Origin: Tubulanus polymorphus
Lineage: Eukaryota; Animalia; Nemertea
Direction of reading: 5' to 3'
Assembly (NCBI RefSeq): GCF_964204645.1
Contig: NC_134029.1
Coordinates: 9,016,850-9,080,849, forward strand
DNA length: 64,000 bases
This document shows, piece after piece, positions 21,870-31,800 of this stretch. The translations under genes were made by a program, and so were the position numbers. A model generated the notes under the pieces. The model ran no database searches, had not been told where the DNA came from, and was given only the letters and a program-made list of their open reading frames with translations. Every line of letters begins with the position of its first letter. Position 1 is the stretch's first letter.

Positions 21870-22574
21870 TCAAATAGAATTGCCAGCTTTCTTACCACTG
21901 ATCAAAACCTCAGAATGCGGTTGATTCTGTGAAATACTATTCCATAATTCAACAAATGTCTTTGCTTTATCCAGTTGATCTAAATATAACTGTAAATCTA
22001 GTTTATTGGATTTAATAATGTTTTCCTTCTTTTCTAAAGGTCTTAGATTCTTCCAATTCCAAATAAGTTTTTTATTGTATTCATCATTCATGTTAAATTT
22101 AGATATTGGTAACACATGATCAATATGAAAGTATTCACCATAATTATCTATATTCATTTTATCATCGAATTGATATATTATCCATGATTTTAAGAATTCA
22201 TCTGAACAACCCAATAAATTAGATAGTGTTTTTGAACGCGTTTCTTTGTTGAATAATTTTGATACTTTAGATCTCAAACATTGTTTCATTTTAAAATTAA
22301 AATCTGTTTGATATCTTTCTTTATGATAATTTCTATTATACACTTTAATATGTTCTAAATGATTTTCTTTCCATTGCTTATTTTCATCTTTGCGTGTTTC
22401 GGTATTATTTCTATAATTTTGTTTGTCACTTAGTTTACTACAAGTTTTACAATAACTTTGCTTACCATCTTTCTGAGTTTTATAATTATAATATTCCGAG
22501 AGTTGTTTATTTATTTTACATTTAGAACATTTCTTATTGTTTATATTTATAGCTTGTGATTGTTCCGGCTCCAT
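21870..22574 (-). CDS. HNH endonuclease with N-terminal C4 zinc ribbon (giant-virus/phage type)
   Basis: KCSKC..CKTC, LLGCS..FLKSWI..QF, NYGEYFHIDHVLP and NWKNLRPL..KENIIKSNK. Confidence 0.85.
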   Translation of the reverse strand: MEPEQSQAININNKKCSKCKINKQLSEYYNYKTQKDGKQSYCKTCSKLSDKQNYRNNTETRKDENKQWKENHLEHIKVYNRNYHKERYQTDFNFKMKQCLRSKVSKLFNKETRSKTLSNLLGCSDEFLKSWIIYQFDDKMNIDNYGEYFHIDHVLPISKFNMNDEYNKKLIWNWKNLRPLEKKENIIKSNKLDLQLYLDQLDKAKTFVELWNSISQNQPHSEVLISGKKAGNSI

Positions 22575-22651
22575 TTATTATACATATTTTTATTAAAATT
22601 GATTAACATTTTAGAATCCTCTTCCATTTCTTCGACCAACGTCATCCTTTT

Positions 22652-22903
22652 TCATTCCTCGCTGCTTTTGATAAGTTGTTTCGATTCCTTGATATCAAAT
22701 TCCTCAACGTATTGTTCATTATTTGGATCAGTGTTCCATAATTCAATAAATTTCTTTCCTTTTGTTAACTGTTCTGAATATAACTGTAAATATTCTAATT
22801 TCAATTTATTCTCTAAATGTGTTTTAGTTTTATTGTGTCTTGCTTTTTGAGACTTATCTATATTTATCTTACATGTTGGACAGTAGTACTTATTTGCTTC
22901 CAT
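22652..22903 (-). CDS. Small C2H2 zinc-finger protein, 83 aa
   Basis: YCPTCKINIDKSQKARHNKTKTH; preceded by the same upstream motif as 22574, 8580 and 15633. Confidence 0.7.
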   Translation of the reverse strand: MEANKYYCPTCKINIDKSQKARHNKTKTHLENKLKLEYLQLYSEQLTKGKKFIELWNTDPNNEQYVEEFDIKESKQLIKSSEE

Positions 22904-22985
22904 TTTAATACTAAATTTTTTATTAAAATTGATTTTAGAAGTTCAATGATTTAAATGTTATTCATATATATATGAATATTTTAAG

Positions 22986-23253
22986 AGTAATAGGGATAAT
23001 GGGCTTTCAAGCTAAAGGTTGAACGGGCGGGTGAGTAAAAATGAAAAAACATAAAAATAATAACAATTTCTACTTGAATTAGGAGTGAAACTCATAAAAT
23101 GAAAAATAAATTCGAGCGTGTGAGAATTTATTTTTCATTTTTATGAGTTTTGCGAGTAATTCAAGTAGAAATTGTTATTATTTTTATGTTTTTTCATTTT
23201 TTACGAGCTCGACCGTTCGACCTTTGGCTTGAAAGCCCATTATCCCTATTACT
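22986..23253. repeat. 268-bp imperfect terminal palindrome that includes the right TIR (23096-23253)
   Basis: 22986 restarts AGTAATAGGGATAATGGGCTTTCAAG. The arms fold around the loop GAGCGTGTGA at ~23114-23123. Confidence 0.92.
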
Positions 23254-23259
23254 TATAGA
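23254..23259 (+). repeat. Right 6-bp target-site duplication (TATAGA)
   Basis: Follows ...CCCTATTACT and is identical to 7067-7072. Confidence 0.95.
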
Positions 23260-25470
23260 CCATCACTGTATCAAAACTACAATTTTACGGTACAATACTC
23301 CATCCATGCAGTCGCAATGGTCCAGTTAGTAAGAGCACAAGACTTGCACCTAGTAGATCAGAAGTTTGAGTCTCGGGTTGCTATAGTTCCCGGTCTATAC
23401 GACTGCAGGTTATCAAAGTTCATTTGATCTCCACGGGCATGGGCATATACCACATAATTCTTAAAATGATAATTTCTAAATGGTATTTTTGAATGAATCA
23501 AAAAGTTTGAAGTTTTGGCCTAAGAAAATGACCAGTGGTTTCCACGGGTATTACTCAAGTATACAAAAGTATTGCTTATTAGCGCACCTTCAATGTCCGA
23601 AGAAAATGTTTGGTTCGCAAGATTAATCGAATTAAAACAAAAACAAAAGTAAAAAGCCATAAACGTCATATGGGTGCAGTGCAGCATGGGGTTCGCATCT
23701 CCTGACCGTCGGTATTAAGACTCCATAACAAATAATTAATGTGAAATAACCCACGTGCAGAACAGTCGCATTTGTTTTTGATTTACCTTTTAGATATTTG
23801 CCTGTGGACATGATATCATCCGCGATATGGTTGATTGATTGGTTGAGACCACACGAATGTTACTTGAAATAGTGTTTTTTTCGGCATCAAGAAACCTCGT
23901 TCGTTTCTACGCTGAGTCGCTAATTAACACTCCATCTATATTGCATCTATACGATCGCTAAACGCAACGCTCTTCAGTGTTTGAAATGTCCCGCAAATCA
24001 GACAATTGAACGCATTTGGTGCAGAAACTTTGACCAGCCGAAATTATAACCATAAATTCTTGTGTTTAGACGTACACGCACACCTCATTCATTCGCGAGC
24101 CACAGACCGGACAAGAGCTCTCGAAGTTTTATTCCTGGACACAAGCGGGCATACGGTAATAGTTTATGCTGTTAATAATTGCGTGCAATTTAAAACTAAA
24201 GTTATATAAACTATTGGAAATTTCTAAAGAAATTATCAGGTAATTCAAAAGATGCTATAGTAGTCTCTAATTTTGAATTGAAATTTAATATGTTTAGATA
24301 CATTATTTGGATTTGGGAAACACCGAGGTAACCATCGACACAGGGTGTATCTTTAAAGTATCCAAAGGCCCTTTATACTTGAAAGGCCCTTTAAATCAAC
24401 AAGTTCATTAATTCCAAATATATTTCCTGTCTCGTACATGTCATCTCCCCATGACGCTTCCGTAGGTATATAACTTATGATGACGCAAGGCCAGTATACG
24501 TAATTCTCACTCCCCGTTGTGCAGACAATACAGCAATATAATAGATATGGGAAATCCCGGGACCTCCCAGGCGAAAACATACCGTAGGGATGCATCAAGT
24601 ACCCTCAATTAAACATGGAAACAATCAAACTGTGGCTGTTATCGGAAAAAAAATCCTTTAAACTTTGAAAATTGCCGTGACAAATAGCTTTGCCCGTGCA
24701 TGCAAATAATGTGACGCTCAACCACTCGCGCGCGCTTTGCGCTTATTTCAACCGGTGGCCGCACGCGTTACTATGAGGATACTTTTATTATTGCAATATC
24801 AACAAACTCCTCGAATAGATTTCTATCTTTAGTGAAAGTTTTAAATCATGAAATAGTTACGACAAGCGACACAAAATTGCTATTTTGGGGGGCGCTTTCC
24901 TAAAAGTTACGTATTCTTTTAATCGAAGATATTATGTCAGGACTACGTAATTCCAATTTCCAAGTTTTTAAGAAAAGTGTTCGTTCGCGGCAAAATGTCC
25001 GCCTCAATGTACCACATATCGGGACAAAGAGGTCAGGCTAAAGCTTGCCTTGTTTCATTCTTCGTGGATTTCCTCCGTGGACAGGAAACCCCGAAACCTT
25101 GATTTTGTGATCCTCAATTAGACATCAATCCGACGTGATCGTTGCGAAGTTTGAACCGCAATAAAAAACCTCTTTGTTGTTGATATGAATTCAATCGGTA
25201 AAATATTTACTGATATCTGATAACGATAAAAAATTCTTTGAAATGAATAAAGCTGGCGCTGAAATATAGTTACTTGGAATAATCGGTAAAGCAATGAAGT
25301 GGTTTCAATGTAATGAAAAATATTAGTCGAATGTTAAACCGATTTTGTGAATCATCATGGTACAATGGGCCAACATTGTACCTTTTACCAAACACTAACC
25401 GCACCCCTGACAAGGTTAGAAAGTTGTGCAACACAATGAAAATTAAACTATTACTTACTATGATATATGG

Positions 25471-25640
25471 TACAGAAGCGTCCTGGTGACATATATATTA
25501 AGAATTAAATTTTCGGGATTAATTCCGAGTTATTCCGAGTCAGTAACTCGGAATAAACCCCGAAAATCGCTTTCAACTAGGAAAACTAGTTTAACCTCAA
25601 AAATTTGTCTTAATAGATATGTCCCCAGGACGCTTCCGTA
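25471..25640. mobile_element. MITE with ~33-bp TIRs (TA-flanked)
   Basis: TACAGAAGCGTCCTGGTGACATATATATTAAGA ... TCTTAATAGATATGTCCCCAGGACGCTTCCGTA, with an internal TTCCGAGT/ACTCGGAA hairpin. Confidence 0.65.
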
Positions 25641-25825
25641 ATAATGGAATAGTGCATGAACTGTCAAGTTGTGATATATGTTACACATACATACAATACT
25701 ATATATTGATGGATTTTGAGAGATTACCCAATATTCACTGGTTTATCTATGAGTCACCGCTCTTCAAATAGCAATAAAACCAAACTTCCTAACGGCGGTT
25801 ATCCACTTTCTTTTCCAGACAGAAA

Positions 25826-28800
25826 ATGAAAACCTTCCTATTGACAGGTTTTTTGGCAGCTCACATATTCTCACCAGTTTTGGCGTCAGCGAAACGACAG
25901 CTAAACGGAGAGAATGACGTGAGCCTTACAAACGATATTCCCACTCCCAATCCCGCAGTAGCGTATATTAGAGATTATATGACAGCTGAATACCGAAAGA
26001 CCCTGCGAGATGATATGAAGAATTGTAAGGGTAAAGAAAGCACTTTCGATTCGGCGGCTGTAGTCAGCAATGTTCCGCAGTGTTCTATCGTTGGCACGTG
26101 AGTTTCATTTCTAATAAATCCTCTCCGAAAAACTCAAAAATTATTTCATATATATCATATAAGCATGTTTATAGAATAGACACAAGTATACTTGTATTTA
26201 TCAGTGCTATGTAACCACTTTTTTGCAGAGATATTCTACGCAAGAACGGATCCGCAGTAGATGCTTTTATCGCTACAGCCGTTTGTCTGGGTACGATAAA
26301 TTCTCAATCCAGTGGTATCGGTGGAGGATTCTTCATGACTTACTACAAAAAGTAATCAAATATAAGGGTGATGGTAGGGAAGATCAGTAGCTTTTTCTTT
26401 CGTTGTAGATACGTAAGCTAATCACAAGTACTAAACCCCAGCTGTGCATCGGTTTAGTAATGTGTCATTGTGTCCGAAAATTTACAAACAATGAAATGCA
26501 CGTTCGTTCCCTTTTCTTCGTTAAATAATAAATCGTTTATATCTAGCAAAGATTTTCAAAGCTTCTTAACTAATGTACATAACTATTAGAAAAAGCCGGA
26601 ACCAAGCCCTACATTCGTGTACACATATTCAGAATGCAATGACTGCAATACATGTATGCATAAATTTCATTATCAACAGCATCACTTAGTAATTCATTCT
26701 ATAAATTAGCCTAGAATTATTGTCGTTTCAGAAGTGAGAAAAGGTCCTATGCTCTCGATGCATTTTCTGTAGCGCCTAACGCCCCCTCGCAGGACTTCTA
26801 CGTTGAGCATGCGAATTCATCATGGTCCGGTATGTTTCTCTGTGACCCTAAAATAGAAATCTCTGTGGTGTACGCTGTGGCGTTTGGACTGCGAATATTT
26901 CACCGAGCTGAGATGACCGAATACGGAGTTGATAAATTGAGAAAATGAGCGTTTCTGCTTTCTAAGTTGTTTAAGTTTTTGCCGGTATAGGTGGTCTATC
27001 AATTGCTGTACCCGGTGAGGTTGCTGGCTACTGGAAGGCGCACCAAGCATTCGGCCGTTTGACATGGGTGGAGCTGTTCGAACCGTCAATCAAATTGTGC
27101 GAGTCTGGGTATGCCTTGACTCCAGCTAACTACATGGCACTTCTACTCCTACGCGTGTATGACACTCTCGATCCAATCTCTCGGTAAGTTTGTTTCAGCT
27201 TGGATCTTGAATGCGAGTTCCATGTTCCAGTTGTAATATCAATTATGACCCACTCTTCTCCAAATGTTTTTCTCAAAAACCAGATTTGATGGGCCCTCAA
27301 AATGTTTGATTGCATTCAAATGAAATGCACTTAGATGCTTGCATATTCGGCATCTGTCTATATAACACTTAATTTGCATTTTACTGCAAATTTCGTCAAC
27401 TTCGAAAACAGCCTTAGGTAAATTACCAGATGATATTGTAAATGTGTCCGCTATTTTCAGGTCTATATTTATCGACCCCAAGACCGGTGATCTTTATAAA
27501 GCCGGTGAAATAATTAAAAGGCCAACCTACTGTAAAACGCTGAAAGAAATTGCCGAGCAAGGGGCAGCTACATTCTACACTGGTTCGTTGTCGAAGAAAA
27601 TTCTTGAAGACCTTTACGAACAGTGTACGTAAGTTAGTTAGGCATTGTTTTCATTATTTCTGCGAAATTCGACGTGATGGCCCACTTAGTTTTAGTTTTT
27701 GATCCACGGATCAAAGCAGATTTTTGTTTCCGGTTACCATAAAAGTTAGAATTAAAGTTTATCACTGCACAAAAAATGACAAAATGACAATGACAAAAAT
27801 GCCCAAACTTGGCCGCCCAAAAACGTCCGACCAGGCCCGAGCCGAATTCTAGCACGAGACAAATGATTGCGTTTGAATTGCAACTGGTTCAGGAAATGAC
27901 CCACTTCGCTTTATTTAAGCATTGTTATCGAGTAAATGGTTCGCGTGTGAACGCGCTCTCTAATTAGGCGCGGGCCAAATTTGGCTCGAGTCTGATCCGG
28001 GCCAAATCGTCTCCGAGTGATCGCGGCTAAAGTGAAACCGAATGTCAGTTAGTCGGGACTCTGGTCCAGAGATGGTCGACTATGAGATTCAGCGCGGTCG
28101 CTGTCTACTCGGAAGCCGACACTGTGTAAGACGTTACAACCGAACTAAGTGCATTCAGTTATTAGTTCCGACCACAAGTTGACTAACGACGAAAAACCGA
28201 AGTTCGCCAAGGCCGCCGGCATTTATGTTGAAAAATCTTTTGTCATATGTCATTTTTCAGTCATATTTTACAAAATCAGTGAGTGTACTTGAGATGATAC
28301 CTATGGTGGCTGATTCGGGCCATACTAAAAAATTTTTCTGTACGGCTCCAGCAACGATAAAAAAATTTTCGCATTGGCCCATTTTTGGTTTTCTCGCGAG
28401 AAAATTCAAAACATTTTGGTTTTCTCGCGCGAGAATTCAGAAATTTTGGTTTTCTCGCGCAAAAATTCAAAAAGTTTTGAATGCTCGCGCGAGAATTCAA
28501 AACTTTTGGTTTCATCGCGCGAGAAAACTAAAACTAAACATTTTGGTTTGAAAAATTTTTCTGACTGGCTAGAAGCTGGATAAAAATTTTTTACAATGGC
28601 CCATTTTTTTGTTTTATCGCGCGAGAATTCAAAACTTTTGAATTCTCCCGCGAGAAAACCAAACTTTTTGAATTCTCGCGCGAGAAAACCAAAATGTTTT
28701 GTTTTCTCACGCGAGAAAACCAAAAGTTTTGAATTCTCGCGTGAGAAAACCAAACTTTTTGAATTCTCGCGCGAGAAAACCAAAAAACGGGCCAATGTGG

Positions 28801-31800
28801 TAAATTTTTTTCATCGTTGCTTTAGCCGTACAGAAAATTTTTTTAGTATGGGCCGAATCAGCCACCATAGATACCTGATGCAGCTGTGAATTACGTTACG
28901 TCCATGTGTATATAAATGTTATGCATTTACAGCATCATCCCAGATCACCGCGCAGGACCTGAAGAACTATCGAGCAAAATGGAGGAAACCGATCATGATG
29001 CAGCTATCTGAAAATCGCCGTATCCACATTCAGCCTCCTCCATCCAGTGGGGCAGTGACCGCGTTTATACTTAATATTTTGAATGGTGAGTATAAAGCCG
29101 GGTGTACATGGGTTGCATCGCGATTCCGACCACTATTCCAAAGTCTTCTACATCCTTTAGTTTTAAAACATGAAATTCAAACGTTAAGTTCATGTATAAG
29201 CGCGCAAATACGGGAAATCTGCTTATGGCTGCTCAGGCCAGCATGTTAGCTACGCAGTGAAGTGGTTTACGCCCCATATACCCAGCCTAACTTTTGAAAT
29301 TATCAAACCTGTAGACTGGGCTAGGTAGCGCAGTGGTTTCGAAAGTGGTTTTTTAAAAACAACTGTAAACAAGAAAACTAACTTGAAAGTTAATTGAAGC
29401 CTCGGAAAAAAGCACATTATATTGCTTACTATTGTCGAAAACAAATCGTATAATACAAATTATATATGATATTAGGGATCAATACAGTTATTTTGGATTT
29501 GAGTACATCGATAATTAATTACATTGAATTGACCGGCAACCAGGGCCAAATTCGGTTTTTCGTAGCTTGTCGACTAGTGGTAGGAACTAATAACCGAATG
29601 CACTTTATTTCCGAAATATTTCCAGAATATAGTTCCGACTTACTGACATTCGGTTTCACTTAGTTTGACTATAGTCGACTAAGTCCGATAACCGAAGTTG
29701 GCCCTGACTAGCCCCGATATACTGATGACGTAGTGCACACCCTCTCAAAAATAATTATTAAGATTTTTTTATCAAAAATGATATTAGAGTTATGAAATAT
29801 ATTCAATTGCAAAACAGATGCCAATAATTCACAATAAGCCTTTTTACAGTTTCCAGGCGCCATTTTTTGGGTACCCGCCGGGTCCGCATTGTTGAATTTT
29901 TCGTCCCTATTTTTTCCCCGTTTAATATTTTTATTTCGTTCATATCTCTGGATTTGATTAAGATAGAAACAAAGTAAAAATATCGATGAACTCGTTATTG
30001 TTATTTTCGAAACGTAAATAGTGATGATGTTGCGCATATCGACCTAAACAGTATCCTTATAATTCATACCAAAGATATCAACGTATAAACATCATTGTAT
30101 GGTTTCTACGGCGTCAAAAGATGTTGAGGAAATATACTCGCTAAGAGTTCTATGGATCCAAAAAATCCCGAATTCCGTTTCCAGTGCGCAGGGTACTATA
30201 CCTGAAGCAGTGGCAATCACATACCAAATCATGATGACGAACATTTTTCAGGATATAATTTCACCGTCGAGTCAACGACGACAAGTCAACAAAAGTCGGT
30301 TTTCCTTCAAAGATATATCGAAGCGTGTAAATTCGCCTTTGCCGCTCGTTCACATCTGGCTGACCAGTCATTCTCTGACGTAAAACAAGTGAGTGCATAT
30401 AAAAATTATGAAGTAAAAACACCTACGAAGCTTTTCGATAGCTGGCGCCAAGCTTCAATGGATACCCCTTTGCGGGGTGATAATGTAGACCTGTTTTTAT
30501 TTTTACTGACGTGTCTGCAGTTCCTAGCCACGTCTGGTGGGTCGTTCATTTCATAGTTATAACTATAGACACCGTGTACGTGACGTCATTGTTTGTTTGC
30601 CCGTCAGTGTTTGGGACTGGCTCTACATATTGTGAAGCCTTTGTCCGCATCATTGGTACCAGTTTCATCTTGACCCGTTGATAACCGTAGAATGGTAGCA
30701 ATGTAAAGGTTGACGACGGACTACGACTATCACCCTGAACTATCACCTCCGCTAAACGTCACTGCGGAGCTCAACTTGAATACCAAATATCGATGATTTC
30801 ACCACACACACTGGTATGGGCTTTCTCGGAAATAGCTTGATACCCATAGTTTAGTCAACAAAATACGAAAAAACGAACTATTCAGTGACTTAGGGAGCAT
30901 CTCAAAATTTTTGCGTCGCATTAGAAAATCAATGGTTCGAACTTTGGCATGTGTCTAATCAATGAGTGGAGATGTGTATGGAAGAATTGGAACTAGTAAA
31001 AATTTGAAATACCCCCTTATTACGTGATAGATTAGTTTAAACAGTACCTATCGTATTTTGTGCGTCTGTTATTGAAAATCCTATGATTGTTTTTCTACGT
31101 TATAGATTGTTGCCAAAATGACTTCTCGTCAATACGCAGGAGACATTCGCAAGTTGATTAGCGATTACGTCACCCAAGAGCCGTCTTATTACGACGGCGT
31201 GATTGGAGAACAAGGAAAATACGGTACTTCGCATATATCGATAGTTGCCCCAAACGGTGACGCTATATCCGCTACCACAACGATCAATTACTAGTAAGAA
31301 TTATACGAAATATTTCAGTCAGGACAGAACGCTGCAGTGAAAAACTTCATCCTCCCTCGACAGGAATTTGAACCTGATGGTCTCGCTGGACTCAGCCACG
31401 GCACGAAACGCCACCAAACTTGACCCAGTGCGCATGTTTGCCGCTGATCATATTGCCCGTTGATGAGCTTAGACAAATTTCCCAGAAAAAACTTCAAATG
31501 GAAAAGATGGTTTTAAAATAAAACATTATTTATGATTGGCTAATAATGAAATCATCTAACGGCGCACCCGGGCTAGTGTGACAGGGTTTCGTACCGTAGT
31601 GAGTCTCGATGCAATCAGTTTCGAATCCCTGTCGGGAAGGAAAATGTAAAAATGTGACCGCTTGTTATTTTTGTCTTTCGTAGTTACGGATCGGGCGTGG
31701 TTGGAAGACGTACGAATATACCGTTCAATAACGTAATGAATGATTTTTCAATACGGAATACGCCGAATATGTTCCACCTGACAATATCCCCTGTTAACAA

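Larger units (their letters stand above)
7073..23253. mobile_element. Endogenous Polinton/Maverick-like dsDNA virus with both ends present (16,181 bp), now non-autonomous
   Basis: 5'-AG...CT-3' termini, ~157-bp TIRs and 6-bp TSD. Intronless, tightly packed AT-rich ORFs encode a pPolB fragment, penton, major capsid protein, packaging ATPase and rve integrase. Confidence 0.96.

Noticed and set aside
10227-22850. Antisense ORFs inside the Polinton (e.g. 10891-11097, 12747-13022, 13865-14233, 18850-19068, 21110-21385, 22560-22850)
   Set aside because: They are shadows of real genes on the opposite strand and lack the TAAATG start context and recognisable motifs.
7073-23253. Bacterial/phage contamination or misassembly explaining the AT-rich intronless block
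   Set aside because: A perfect 6-bp TSD, paired TIRs and the rve integrase show a genuine integration into host DNA.
22986-23253. Right-end palindrome as an independent MITE inserted at the element end
   Set aside because: Its flanks (TTTAAG / TATAGA) do not form a TSD; the TATAGA pairs with the far-left end at 7067.
23307-23390. tRNA-like sequence just right of the Polinton
   Set aside because: Only degenerate A/B-box similarity and no convincing cloverleaf; at most a decayed SINE head.
28225-28889. Several overlapping FSRE/REK-repeat ORFs
   Set aside because: Products of the foldback element's subrepeats within a GGT intron.
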